A stretch of 64,000 nucleotides of DNA, taken from contig CBDCFW010000006.1 of assembly GCA_965216465.1 (NCBI GenBank), positions 1,120,001 to 1,184,000 of the forward strand, read 5' to 3'. This DNA is from Bacteroidia bacterium (GTDB lineage: Bacteria > Bacteroidota > Bacteroidia > NS11-12g > UBA9320). Under the pieces are notes generated by a model. It saw only the letters and a list, made by a program, of their open reading frames with translations. It had not been told where the DNA came from and did no database searches. Shown in pieces: positions 39,845 to 50,205 of the stretch. A program made the position numbers and the translations under genes. The first letter of the stretch is position 1, and each line of letters starts with the position of its first letter.

Positions 39845-40825
39845 TTAGAATACCTTTTGATTTATTATGCTCTCATTTTTTTTGGTAACGGCAATAATCT
39901 CAGCAAGAATAGAAATTGCAATTTCAGCAGGTGTTTCTGCATTGATATTCAGTCCTACCGGGCCATGAAGGAATTCGAAATTGTTAGCTGAGTTAGTTGT
40001 ATTTAGACTTTCTTTCAGCTCATTGGTTCTCTTTTTAGGTCCGAGCACTCCGACGTACATTAACTTCTTGTTCGCAATGAATTGAAGACAATTTTTATCC
40101 AATTCAAAGTTGTGGTTCATAATAACTGCACCGGTATTGGAAAAATTGGTGTCATCCTTAGCTTGAAGAGAATCAAAGGATTGTAATTTTGCATCAACTC
40201 TCTTGATTTGAGAAACATCTTTTGAGTTTATAAGAACAACATCCCAACCTAGATTTTGAGCGACTTGATACAAAACAAACGCGTCTTTCTCGGTGCCAAA
40301 AATTAAAAGTTTGAATTGAGGTTCAATTGTTTGATCGAAGCAATAATCATAACTAGAAATCTCCTTGATATCTTGTGACAATGGAATAACTTGTCCTTGT
40401 ATCTCTACTGTGCTTCCAGAATTCAAATTTTGCTTATTCAGGCCATTATAAGCCGACCTTATTTGAATGGTTGAACGATTTACTAATCCTGCTTTAAAAA
40501 GTTCAATTTCCTTCAATGTTAAATCTATGGGCTCTAATAAAATAGTGAGCAAACCACCGCATCCTATTCCATTTTTGCCATCAAATTGAAAGACTTTTGC
40601 TTGACCTGTTTTGAACACGGTTTCTGCTTGATTGGCGACGTAGCCTTCAAGGCATCCAGCACTCAATGAACCAACATAGCTATTATCTTCCTTGATTAAT
40701 AATCGTACTCCAGGTTTTCTGTACGAAGAACCTTCCAGATCTACCAAACTTGCCAAAACACATGAACCTCCTTTCTGTGTTTCGACGTATAATTCTTCAA
40801 CTATTTCAATCCACTCATTTGTCAT
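39845..40825 (-). CDS. xdhC: XdhC/CoxI family molybdoenzyme maturation factor
   Basis: GSSYRKPG, GSLSAGCLE, YVGVLGP, PVGL.I.AETPAEIA.SI.AEI. Confidence 0.9.
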   Translation of the reverse strand: MTNEWIEIVEELYVETQKGGSCVLASLVDLEGSSYRKPGVRLLIKEDNSYVGSLSAGCLEGYVANQAETVFKTGQAKVFQFDGKNGIGCGGLLTILLEPIDLTLKEIELFKAGLVNRSTIQIRSAYNGLNKQNLNSGSTVEIQGQVIPLSQDIKEISSYDYCFDQTIEPQFKLLIFGTEKDAFVLYQVAQNLGWDVVLINSKDVSQIKRVDAKLQSFDSLQAKDDTNFSNTGAVIMNHNFELDKNCLQFIANKKLMYVGVLGPKKRTNELKESLNTTNSANNFEFLHGPVGLNINAETPAEIAISILAEIIAVTKKNESIINQKVF

Positions 40826-43017
40826 AATTGCTTGAAATAGGGTTGGGTATACAATCTTTTTCCGGTAGCTCTAAAAAGTGCGTTCGCAATTGCTCCTCCA
40901 ACCGGTGGTAGAGTAGGTTCGCCTAATCCGGTAGGAGCCTCTTGACTGTCAATAAATTCAACCTCTACATCTGGAACATTTCCCATTCTTAGCAAATTAT
41001 AATTGTGAAAGTTGTTTTGAATGGGCTTACCATCTTTGAATTCAAGTTCGCCGTACATCATATGTCCAAATCCATCAAGAATAGCTCCAACAGTCTGGGC
41101 CTTTGCACCATTTTGGTTCACTACATGTCCGCAGTCTACCACACAGTAAATTTTGGTTACCTTGGGTTTGTTATTCTCAAGAATTACTTCAGCAATTTCA
41201 GCTACATGTGTTCGGTGTGAATAGTAAGCAGAGAAACCTTGAAATGCCTTCTTTTTAAAACCAAACCAATTCGCATTCTCGGCCACTCTTTGAATCACAT
41301 TGATAAAGCGATTAGGGTTGTAATAGATGTCCTCATTTTTCGGGTCAACTTGACCTAAAAGGTCTAACATCAGCGTAACGTGATCCGTTTCCAGTTCAAA
41401 GGCAAGCTCATCAAAGAAAGATTGCTCAGCACTTGCTTGAAAGTTAGTAGAGGGAGCTCTCCATGCACCGGTTGTTATTTCGCTTGGAACTTCAACGGTA
41501 TCAACTTTGTAATTCTCTAAAGCACCAAAGGGGAAACCTTTAGAGAATTTATTAAATAGATTTCCGTTAATTGCCGCTTCTTTAAGGTGTATTCCTTGAA
41601 GCTTATTATTCTTAATTGCGGCTTTGTACTTGTACTTTGCGGCAGGTCTGTAGATACCTCCAGTCATGTCATCACTCCTTGAATATTGCAGTTTTACTGG
41701 ACGTTTAATCAAGGATGAAATTTCTGCCGCTTCGAATGCAAAGTCACCATACAGTCGTCTTCCAAACCCTCCACCCATTCGTGTGAGATTAAACTCAATA
41801 TTGGCCATTTCAATTCCAAACATTCCTTCTATCACATTTGCAGTGTATTCAGGTGTTTGACACGGTCCAACCAGCTTGATTTTATCTTCTTGTACATGAG
41901 CGAAGAAGTTCATCGGCTCCATGCAGTTATGAGGAAGGAAGGGACAGGCATAGGTTCTCTCAAGTACGCGGTCAGATTTGGCTAAAGTACTCTCAACTTT
42001 ACCAATCTCATTCAATACTCGAGTAGGTTTAGCATCAAGGGCTTTGTCAAGGAGCTCGTTATGTAGCTCAGAGCTTTCTAAGACTTCGTTTGACCTAAAC
42101 CATTCAGTTTGAACAAGATCCTTGGCTTTTAGGGCGGTCCATGTTGATGTTGCGATTATGGCAACTTTATCGGTATCTAGCATGTTAAATGACCACCAGT
42201 ATTGAAAGTCCGTATCGAAAAGTTTTCGGACCTTCTCTCCAAAACGCACGACGTCAATCACACCTTCTAGTTTTAGGGCTTCGGAGGCATCAAAAGATTT
42301 TAATTGTAAACCAAAAGCGGGAGGGTGGATTACTGTAGCGTAAACCATGTCATCCTCTTCATAATCTATACCAAAAAGAGGGACACCTCTAACGATATTG
42401 TCGATCTCAACATTATTTTTCCCGGTGCCGATTATTTTAAAATCTTTGGGGTCTTTGAGGCTAAACTCTTCAGGGATTTCTAAATCTTTTGCGTCGAGTA
42501 CCAGGTCTCCATAACTCAAGGTATTACCATTTTGATCAGAAACAACCCCTTCATTGGTTGTGCAGAGTGAAGGGTCAATATTCCATTTTTTTGCGGCGGC
42601 ATTTACCAACATCTGACGGGCTACTGCGCCCGTTTCTCTAAGAGGAATCCAAGCTAGTTCAACACTACGACTTCCTCCGGCCATTTGACGTTTATATTTG
42701 TTAATATCCAATGAAGCTTGAACAACATAAACATCTTCCCACTTAACATCTAGTTCTTCTGCAATCAGCATAGGAAGAGATGTTTTGACACCTTGTCCGA
42801 TTTCAGGATTTGGGGCGTATATGGTAACCTTGCCTTCTTTAGAAATACTGATGTATGCGTTAAATTCTGTGTAATCTAAGGTGCTAAGATCAACGGGTGG
42901 TTTTGAATTTGGTTTGCATGCTTGAAATAGGTTAAAGCCAATGAGCACACCCCCTCCAACTAGTGCGGTAGATCTAATAAAATCTCTTCTATTTAAATTT
43001 ACACTTTTGTCGTTCAT
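40822..43017 (-). CDS. Xanthine dehydrogenase family molybdopterin subunit (IorB-like), Tat-exported
   Basis: NRRDFI twin-arginine signal, EIGQG, GGGFGRR, GAWRAP, GLGEP. Confidence 0.9.
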   Translation of the reverse strand: MNDKSVNLNRRDFIRSTALVGGGVLIGFNLFQACKPNSKPPVDLSTLDYTEFNAYISISKEGKVTIYAPNPEIGQGVKTSLPMLIAEELDVKWEDVYVVQASLDINKYKRQMAGGSRSVELAWIPLRETGAVARQMLVNAAAKKWNIDPSLCTTNEGVVSDQNGNTLSYGDLVLDAKDLEIPEEFSLKDPKDFKIIGTGKNNVEIDNIVRGVPLFGIDYEEDDMVYATVIHPPAFGLQLKSFDASEALKLEGVIDVVRFGEKVRKLFDTDFQYWWSFNMLDTDKVAIIATSTWTALKAKDLVQTEWFRSNEVLESSELHNELLDKALDAKPTRVLNEIGKVESTLAKSDRVLERTYACPFLPHNCMEPMNFFAHVQEDKIKLVGPCQTPEYTANVIEGMFGIEMANIEFNLTRMGGGFGRRLYGDFAFEAAEISSLIKRPVKLQYSRSDDMTGGIYRPAAKYKYKAAIKNNKLQGIHLKEAAINGNLFNKFSKGFPFGALENYKVDTVEVPSEITTGAWRAPSTNFQASAEQSFFDELAFELETDHVTLMLDLLGQVDPKNEDIYYNPNRFINVIQRVAENANWFGFKKKAFQGFSAYYSHRTHVAEIAEVILENNKPKVTKIYCVVDCGHVVNQNGAKAQTVGAILDGFGHMMYGELEFKDGKPIQNNFHNYNLLRMGNVPDVEVEFIDSQEAPTGLGEPTLPPVGGAIANALFRATGKRLYTQPYFKQL

Positions 43018-43484
43018 TATGAGTTCATCAAGTTAGCCGCATGCTCTACCGCTTTTTCAATCGAAAGATATGTGGCACAACGACAAATGTTGCCGTTCAT
43101 CGCAGTGCGAATCTGTTGTTTTGATGGATTTTTATTTTTCTCAAGCAATGAAATGGCGCTTAATATTTGACCAGACTGGCAATATCCGCATTGGGGAACA
43201 TCAAGTGCTTTCCATGCCATTTGAACAGCATGAAATTCATCCTTTTCAACACCTTCAATAGTTGTAATTTTTGAATCTGCAAGTTCCTGAGATAAGGTCA
43301 ACTGGCAACTTCTCATTGCTTTGTTATTTACCAAAACCGTGCATGCACCACACATACCTATCCCACACCCAAATTTAGAGCCCTTTAAACCCAGGTCATC
43401 ACGTAGAATCCATAGTAAAGGCTTACCTTCCTCGTAGTTCACTACACGAGCCACTCCATTTATGTTCAAAGTGAATTCTGACAC
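43017..43484 (-). CDS. 2Fe-2S subunit (IorA-like)
   Basis: GCGIGMCGAC, QCGYCQSG, NICRC. Confidence 0.92.
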   Translation of the reverse strand: MSEFTLNINGVARVVNYEEGKPLLWILRDDLGLKGSKFGCGIGMCGACTVLVNNKAMRSCQLTLSQELADSKITTIEGVEKDEFHAVQMAWKALDVPQCGYCQSGQILSAISLLEKNKNPSKQQIRTAMNGNICRCATYLSIEKAVEHAANLMNS

Positions 43485-43604
43485 GATTAGTAATTGTGTT
43501 TAAATATATCAGTTTATTCTGAGAACACGAAAAAATCGTTGAAACTTGGTGACTTGATGGCCATTCTTCGGCCTATATTAAAAGAAGAGAATTAAGCGGT
43601 CTTT

Positions 43605-44078
43605 CTAGAATTGATTAACCTGATTAACATCAAAGACCACATCCGTTCTTTTCTTGATTTTGGGAACGAGGGCCCAATTCATATTGCCTATCAGCATTTT
43701 ACAACCTCCAGAATAGGAGACATCAATTTGGTATCTGATTTCACCGTGTTCAGTTATGATGCTTCGTTCGTATTCGGCGTTACACCCTCCACCGCTTGTA
43801 TAAGTTCCAATCAAACTATATTTATCAAAGTTGATTGATGTCGGAATTGCATGCGAACAGTCCACATTTGACGAGCTTCTTCTTTTCGTGTCAAAAACTT
43901 GGTGGTATTCTTCTTTTGAACGAATAACAATTTCATCTTTATCACCCGCCATGGTAAGAAAGCAATTGCCAAAGTATGAATGGTCAAGAAACTGAACGTC
44001 TGAAGTAATATCCTCTTTCTTGCAGCCATTAAGAATAAGTAGACCAAAGAAGAAAGCAAAAGCAATATTTTTATTCAT
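43605..44078 (-). CDS. Hypothetical lipoprotein
   Basis: LNGC-KKE lipobox; two Cys pairs. Confidence 0.6.
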   Translation of the reverse strand: MNKNIAFAFFFGLLILNGCKKEDITSDVQFLDHSYFGNCFLTMAGDKDEIVIRSKEEYHQVFDTKRRSSSNVDCSHAIPTSINFDKYSLIGTYTSGGGCNAEYERSIITEHGEIRYQIDVSYSGGCKMLIGNMNWALVPKIKKRTDVVFDVNQVNQF

Positions 44079-44252
44079 AGCGTTGTAAAGGTCGTAATTA
44101 AGTAGAGGAAACCATGACTGAACTAGTGATTTGACTATAATTTAACATTTTAGGAAATCGGCGTTAATGATGAGGCCTGTACTTACTTTTTGGTTTGATC
44201 AGATTAAGAGGTAGCCTTGATAATTAACAGTTTTTAGTTACTTTTGAGTATT

Positions 44253-44990
44253 ATGACTAATAGAATTACACTAATACTAATCGCTGCTGCACTCTACGGT
44301 TGTAGCACTACTGACTCTCCAGGATTAACTCCAGAAACTCCAAGCATCAACGACATTGTTTTTACATCGCAGTCTACAGCAGATGTATATGTAGATGGAT
44401 CGGCTGATGTGAATGAAGTTACTTACACCGACCAGAATGGGGCAGAGAATAGTATTGAATCTTCAGATGACCCCGTTGCCGTTAATGTGCCTTTTGGTCA
44501 TGTTTTAGAATTTAAGGTTAGAGGAAAAAATAACAACGCGAATAAGGCAAGTGAGTATTCAACTTCCACCAAAGTGTTAGCATCTACCAATTCTGATGAA
44601 GGCATAAATAGAATGGAATTTCTTGAAGCGGTGAACGAAATGCGAAGTCAAGGATTTAAATGTGGATCAACAGACATGCCTATGGTTGGCAAATTGGTTT
44701 GGGATGATCAGTTAGAACTTCTCAGCAAGCCTCATGCTAAAGACATGGATGAGAACAACTTCCTAGATGGAACCGGTTCTGACGGAAAAACCTACGGCCA
44801 AAGAATAAAAGAAGTGTTCCAAGATTGTCAAGCATACAGAGAATTACTAGCTCAAGGCCCAAATGTGGAATTTGTGTTTCAGGGATGGCAAAATTCTGAA
44901 GGTGCATGCAAATACCTTATGGAAGATGACATGCGTTACCTATCGGTTGCAAAATCTGGCAGCAAGTGGGTTGTTGACTTGAGGGAGTAG
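44253..44990 (+). CDS. CAP/SCP-domain lipoprotein
   Basis: LYGC lipobox; VN..R..G..CG...L.W...L...H..DM...GSDG, W..S.G.C. TACTTTTG at 44239 supports ATG 44253. Confidence 0.8.
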   Translation: MTNRITLILIAAALYGCSTTDSPGLTPETPSINDIVFTSQSTADVYVDGSADVNEVTYTDQNGAENSIESSDDPVAVNVPFGHVLEFKVRGKNNNANKASEYSTSTKVLASTNSDEGINRMEFLEAVNEMRSQGFKCGSTDMPMVGKLVWDDQLELLSKPHAKDMDENNFLDGTGSDGKTYGQRIKEVFQDCQAYRELLAQGPNVEFVFQGWQNSEGACKYLMEDDMRYLSVAKSGSKWVVDLRE

Positions 44991-45032
44991 GGGAGAAGTT
45001 TATCTAACCTGTTCAGGTGCTTGGACTCAAAC

Positions 45033-45461
45033 TTAATATTTACTCCAAACCCAAATTGCACAAGAAAGAATTACACTCAAGAGGAATAGGGTCGAATACT
45101 TAAAAAACTTTCTAAATCCTAGCACGATGTTTATCTGATCTACAAATTCTCTATGACCTTTATGTTTTTCTTTTAGTAATCGTATGGGTTTAAAAAGATA
45201 TGCGTTTGGCATCACCAGAACAAGCCGAAAAGGGGAAAATGAGATTCTTTTAAAATCGTCAAGATTGCCTGTGCTGTTCAATTCTTTTAACATCTGCTTT
45301 AAGTTGTCACACTCGATTACGTAGAGCAGCAAGCTGAACAAAAGAAAGGAGAAAACCACTAATGAAACTCCAACAATGGCGTAAACCACCACAACCCATA
45401 CCATCATTATTGGAAACATAGAACTTTCGATAGAAATGTTTGGTCGAAGATACTCAATCAA
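45033..45461 (-). CDS. Hypothetical membrane protein
   Basis: Two hydrophobic segments; abuts the upstream T9SS cargo gene. Confidence 0.45.
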   Translation of the reverse strand: MIEYLRPNISIESSMFPIMMVWVVVVYAIVGVSLVVFSFLLFSLLLYVIECDNLKQMLKELNSTGNLDDFKRISFSPFRLVLVMPNAYLFKPIRLLKEKHKGHREFVDQINIVLGFRKFFKYSTLFLLSVILSCAIWVWSKY

Positions 45462-45463
45462 CG

Positions 45464-46669
45464 TTATCGCACCAATTCCACTATTCCACTTCTTACATTG
45501 TTTTGGTTTTCTGCGGTGTCAAAAGTAACTACCCAAAAATATGTACCCGCCGGTAGTTGTTTCCCATTTGTCGTACCATCCCATCCAGGTTGCATATTGC
45601 CTTTATAGACTTGCTCACCCCATCTGTTGTATATATGCATTATGGTATTGCTAACTCCTTGATTTTTTATGAAACTGAAGTAGTCATTTACTCCATCTCC
45701 ATTCGGCGAAAAAATGTTTGGTAGTTCGACCTCAACCAAAGTGTTGTCAATTGATAAGGTGTCATCTGGAATATCTATCTCTTTTTCATCGTCGAAATTG
45801 AAACTGGCGTAAGGACAGCTTGCACCATCATTATTTTTATGAGGAGAGAATCCTGGAGGTGGTGTCGTTAATACAGAAACCTCAAAATTTGTGGCATTTT
45901 CATTTGGTTCTAATCGATATAATGTCCCATTGTTACAGGATGCAAACAAGTTTCCGTTGCCATCAACAAACATTGCCCCAACCGGACCCTGATTGCCATC
46001 TACAATGCAGTTCATTCCACTTAATGTAATGTCGGCATGGTGTGTTCCGTTTGGATTCATTGCCCTTAGGGTGTTTGCTCCTAATACACCATAAAATTTA
46101 TCCGTCTTAGCTAAGTAGGCCCAGTCGGCAATTCTGAGGTTTTCTCGATATCCGTTAAAGCTAAACTCTTGTGGTTGAGCCGTTCCAGTTTGAACATCAA
46201 TAAGTTGCATTTTGTCATGATTGTGACTTGAAGCATATAGTGTAGACTCTATCATTTCCCCAACATAATATGGCCCATTTGGCAGATTAGTTACGGCTCC
46301 TTCATTGAAGGCTCGAGTAGGGGAGATTCGGATTAGGTTATTGGTTGTGCTCTGAATTCCATATATGAAATTATCATTGGTATTAAATCCTATTGCATTT
46401 ATGTCGGTTATGCCGTAGTTGTTCCAGCCTGAAACAGGCACCCATTTGTTATCCTTTGAATCAAAATAATTTAAAGTGTCATTTCTAATCTGGTACAGTT
46501 TGCTGGTATCGGTGCATGTGAATGAACAATATGAACTTGATGCACAATCAAGATCTTGGCAATCAATAAGACCATCCTGGTCGTTATCGATTCCATCATA
46601 GCACAATTCAGTTTGACCGAAGACAAATGAGCTTAGTAAAAGTAAAAAAGTAAGGAAGAGAGATTTCAT
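45464..46669 (-). CDS. T9SS type B CTD (gliding-motility-associated) protein with Cys/Asp-rich motif and beta-propeller-like core
   Basis: PNIFSPNGDGVNDYF...IYNRWG...WDGT..G..LP.GTYF; N-terminal CYDGIDNDQDGLIDCQDLDC; INAIGFN..DNFIYG and NDGASC (DUF6923-like). Confidence 0.85.
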   Translation of the reverse strand: MKSLFLTFLLLLSSFVFGQTELCYDGIDNDQDGLIDCQDLDCASSSYCSFTCTDTSKLYQIRNDTLNYFDSKDNKWVPVSGWNNYGITDINAIGFNTNDNFIYGIQSTTNNLIRISPTRAFNEGAVTNLPNGPYYVGEMIESTLYASSHNHDKMQLIDVQTGTAQPQEFSFNGYRENLRIADWAYLAKTDKFYGVLGANTLRAMNPNGTHHADITLSGMNCIVDGNQGPVGAMFVDGNGNLFASCNNGTLYRLEPNENATNFEVSVLTTPPPGFSPHKNNDGASCPYASFNFDDEKEIDIPDDTLSIDNTLVEVELPNIFSPNGDGVNDYFSFIKNQGVSNTIMHIYNRWGEQVYKGNMQPGWDGTTNGKQLPAGTYFWVVTFDTAENQNNVRSGIVELVR

Positions 46670-46746
46670 ATTTTAACAACGAGACTAGCATAAATTTGGT
46701 TGCCTCACATATTAAAGTCATCTGATCTTACTCCAGTTCTGCAGCT

Positions 46747-47214
46747 TCAATTTCTCAGCGATTCTACTCTGTGGTATGCCGTATCGGAATTACTATCAAA
46801 GACGATTAGATGCCTATAAGGAGCTTTCACACATTTGTAAATACTATATTCTTCAAGATGTTCAAAAGCCCAATAAAATGAGGTGTTATTCATCCTCTCC
46901 TTTTCAATACAATAACTGTTGAACTCCTCTTGATTTATCTTATAACAGCTTTTATCTGAAGTGTAATCAGCCCCTGTTTGAGGATCAATTGCATTAATAG
47001 TTCTTAGTATTTCTTGTTGATCACCAAGGTACTTTGAGTAATACACTGAGCTAAAGTAAATATTGATATCCGTGGCTTCAATCTCTTCGATAACATTTGT
47101 ACTGTCCCAATCGGTAACAATATCTACAATAGTAAATGTGCTTGGTTCGGAAGTACAACTAACCACTGTTATCGCCAAAACCCAAATTCCAAGAATTGTT
47201 AGTTTCCAATTCAT
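46747..47214 (-). CDS. Hypothetical lipoprotein
   Basis: VVSC lipobox; TATCTTTG on the minus strand at 47220-47227. Confidence 0.6.
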   Translation of the reverse strand: MNWKLTILGIWVLAITVVSCTSEPSTFTIVDIVTDWDSTNVIEEIEATDINIYFSSVYYSKYLGDQQEILRTINAIDPQTGADYTSDKSCYKINQEEFNSYCIEKERMNNTSFYWAFEHLEEYSIYKCVKAPYRHLIVFDSNSDTAYHRVESLRN

Positions 47215-47283
47215 CTTTTCAAAGATACAAGTCGTCTGGTGATTTCAACTGCTACTGTAAAGCAAGCATCAAAATGATTGGAA

Positions 47284-48414
47284 CTATTCCCTAAACCTAA
47301 ACAGGTAAATGTTATACGAAATATCAAGCGTAGGAATCACCGAATTTGAGGCAGGTGGTTGATCCAAGTCGATTGAATCGTCGTAATGGTCATAAATTCC
47401 GGCTCCGGCTCTAATCCAGAAAGCACCACGTTTATAATACTTTTTATAGCCAAGATGAAAGCTGGTCACAAAACTGTAAGAGCCTGTTACACTGGCACCG
47501 ATAGTCATCCATTTTTTCTTTTCATGCGATAACTTGAGTACGTCAAAATCACCTCCCGCAGATACTGCTAATTCGCCATCAAAATGAATGAGCCCTGCAC
47601 TTAGATCTATTATACCAAGCTTCATGCCTAGGTTAGGGCCGAACAGACCAGGATGTGTCACTCCAGCACCCAAAGCAATCCGCGGATTAATATTGTTGGC
47701 GACCCACTTCTTTGTTTCGGCTTTATTTCGATTTTTCCAAGCATGATGTGCTCGTTTTAGCACATATTGCTTCTGGCCCAACGGCAAAGAATACAGCCGA
47801 TAAGACAACTCCCCATAAGGGTAAATGTTTTCTGCGTAGGAGATGTAAGTTCGGGGATATTGCTCTTGATATACCCCGTGTTCTTGAAGCAATGCTCCCA
47901 GTCTGAAGCAGAGTTGCGATCGAGGGCCCAGCTTTTGATTGACACCTAAAAGCATGGAAAAATTGAATTTGTTGTCTACGATTTGAGCTTCGATTTTTTC
48001 ATTGATTGTGCTACCAATCGATGCGACAAGAGATAGTGGCTTTTCGCTAACCCCTTTAAATTTAACCCCCCTAAATTTAAAGAATTCATAGTCAAATTGG
48101 ATGGCCGAAACAATGTAGCTTTCACCGGTTTGATTTAGGTACGGAGGACTGATACCGACTTCTAGGTTTCCAACTTTTATGGTAGGTTGAGGAAGCACGC
48201 CAAGTGGTCGTGCTCCTCCTAGTCCTGCAGAAACTCCAACATTAAAATTTCTTCCTAAAAATGATTTGGTATCAAAGTGTGTTGAAGAATCAAATTGTGC
48301 AGACAACTGTTTTGGGGCGATTAAGGAAATCAAAACTGTTATTGATAAAACAAACAATTTCGATTTTTTCAATGGAATTAAGCTGATTAATAAAGTATCT
48401 ATCCTTCGAACCAT
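47284..48414 (-). CDS. Outer-membrane protein with two tandem beta-barrel-like repeats
   Basis: Signal peptide; two similar halves ending YPYGELSYRLY and IPTLDISYNIY. Confidence 0.55.
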   Translation of the reverse strand: MVRRIDTLLISLIPLKKSKLFVLSITVLISLIAPKQLSAQFDSSTHFDTKSFLGRNFNVGVSAGLGGARPLGVLPQPTIKVGNLEVGISPPYLNQTGESYIVSAIQFDYEFFKFRGVKFKGVSEKPLSLVASIGSTINEKIEAQIVDNKFNFSMLLGVNQKLGPRSQLCFRLGALLQEHGVYQEQYPRTYISYAENIYPYGELSYRLYSLPLGQKQYVLKRAHHAWKNRNKAETKKWVANNINPRIALGAGVTHPGLFGPNLGMKLGIIDLSAGLIHFDGELAVSAGGDFDVLKLSHEKKKWMTIGASVTGSYSFVTSFHLGYKKYYKRGAFWIRAGAGIYDHYDDSIDLDQPPASNSVIPTLDISYNIYLFRFRE

Positions 48415-48707
48415 AGCAATTTAGTCAAAGTAAAGATGGCTGCACTAAACCTAATAACCAAACAGCCGTGATGAAAAGGGAGATTTCGGGATGAAAAGTG
48501 CTTTTGGTGGGGGTAGGTTGAGGAGGTTTATTTATTTTTTATCTACGGGGTAGGAGGATAGATAAGGTGAAGAACAGGTTTAGTGGTTTTTAAGTTATCA
48601 GTTAAAAATATACAATCTGAAGGATTGTAATTGGTATTTTTGCAACGGATTAGAATACGGTGGAGCTAAGTTATCCTAAAGAAAATTAACGTTTCAGCTG
48701 CTATAGA

Positions 48708-49376
48708 TTAATTTCTCACATCATACCCCTTAAACAATAAAATCTGCCTAAGTCCATAGTAACTTTCACAGCCCTCGCCTCCTGTGCATTGGCTTTCAAT
48801 TTGCCTAAACCGGATTAGACAATCCTCGTTTCTATTTAAAATGCCCAATGCTAACATCCCTGTGTTTATAACATACGAATCATTAGCCCATCTATCTGGA
48901 TTGTCAGGCCAAGTTGCTTGTACTAAACTGTGGCTTCTTAGATTCTGACTTTGAGATAGTACAGCACTAATCTCCTCCTTTGACAATTCAGGAAATTCAG
49001 CTTCTAACTCTGCTTGGAAGAAACTATATCCGTTCCCTTTCAATTTTATTAAATAACGACTAATCTCGTACCTGCTCCATGCCAAACCAGAACCAGATGG
49101 GAGCGGACAAATAAGGGATACTTGATAGGTATTAGAATCAATCCTTGAAAATTCACTTCGTCCAATTGAACCTCTCCTCTTAATGTCGTAAAGTTTTATA
49201 CTCTTCTTGGTGTCGAAAACTTGAACGTTTCCATGGTTATCTTGAATTATTAGAAGGCTGGAATCAGATAAGAGTGCCGTAGTATCTTTACTCATGCTTA
49301 CACCCTTAAGCGGAGCAAGCATACCAATAGTTATTAGTGCGAATAGACAAATATGTTTATTGAGAATAACTCGCAT
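48708..49376 (-). CDS. Hypothetical exported protein
   Basis: 222 aa ORF with an N-terminal hydrophobic segment. Confidence 0.5.
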   Translation of the reverse strand: MRVILNKHICLFALITIGMLAPLKGVSMSKDTTALLSDSSLLIIQDNHGNVQVFDTKKSIKLYDIKRRGSIGRSEFSRIDSNTYQVSLICPLPSGSGLAWSRYEISRYLIKLKGNGYSFFQAELEAEFPELSKEEISAVLSQSQNLRSHSLVQATWPDNPDRWANDSYVINTGMLALGILNRNEDCLIRFRQIESQCTGGEGCESYYGLRQILLFKGYDVRN

Positions 49377-49565
49377 TCTTAGTGCCTAATGATCTAGCTG
49401 CTTTAACTAAAACTTAACACGTTTCTGATTTCAGTTTCAGCGATAGTTGGTGTTAACGCAGTTTCTAAGCAACGGTAAATTTAGGACATTATTGCAATAC
49501 TGAAGTTGGTCTACATTACTAAAGCAGTATTAAAAATGAAGAAGCCGTTTAGGCCAAAGTTGTTG

Positions 49566-49757
49566 CTATTTTGTACTCTCCCAATATTTGTCAGCTTTCT
49601 CTTTCCTTCCAGGTAAAACCATGAATAGAAGTTTTGCAACAGGATTTGAGAATCTATATGATATGCCATCTCGCTTCAATGTGTGTTTTCCACCTTTTAC
49701 ATCGGCTTTGCCCGTACTCATGGCAAATGCACAATTTCCGTTGTATGCGTCTTTCAT
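49566..49757 (-). CDS. Small protein resembling the C-terminal half of YHS-domain proteins
   Basis: YNGNCAFAM..G....DG..Y.F....KAD..W pattern; 2 nt downstream of the YciI gene. Confidence 0.5.
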   Translation of the reverse strand: MKDAYNGNCAFAMSTGKADVKGGKHTLKRDGISYRFSNPVAKLLFMVLPGRKEKADKYWESTK

Positions 49758-49759
49758 GA

Positions 49760-50116
49760 TTAATTAATTCCCTCCATTTGTTTAATTGGTCTGATGTCCA
49801 TTTTGGCATCAATATCTTCAAATACCGGATTGGCCATTGCTATTTCTATGGCATGATCAAGGTCTCTAGCCACAATGTGGAAATAGCCTGTAATTACCTC
49901 CTTCGACTCAATAAAAGGACCATCTTTAATAGATCCATTGGTGCTCACAATTGAGGCACCCCCAAGTTCAAGTGGTTGTGCACCTTTTAATGTTCCTGAT
50001 TGCATCAATCCATTGAGGTAGTTTCCAATCTTCTGAACATGGTTTTGCTGTTCTTGCGGTGAAAGAGAGGCTAAATGGTCTCCTTCCGTTCGAATAAATA
50101 ACATAAATTCTTGCAT
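49760..50116 (-). CDS. YciI/DGPF family protein
   Basis: DGPFIESKEVITGYF motif. Confidence 0.88.
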   Translation of the reverse strand: MQEFMLFIRTEGDHLASLSPQEQQNHVQKIGNYLNGLMQSGTLKGAQPLELGGASIVSTNGSIKDGPFIESKEVITGYFHIVARDLDHAIEIAMANPVFEDIDAKMDIRPIKQMEGIN

Positions 50117-50205
50117 GATTTTCTTTTACTTAATGACAATTGACAATTGGTAATGGGGACATGAATATCGAAAATAAAAATTAAATATTTATAAGTTCCA
50201 CAATT

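Noticed and set aside
48415-48707. Purine/G-rich intergenic region
   Set aside because: No repeat unit, long ORF or terminal inverted repeats were identifiable.
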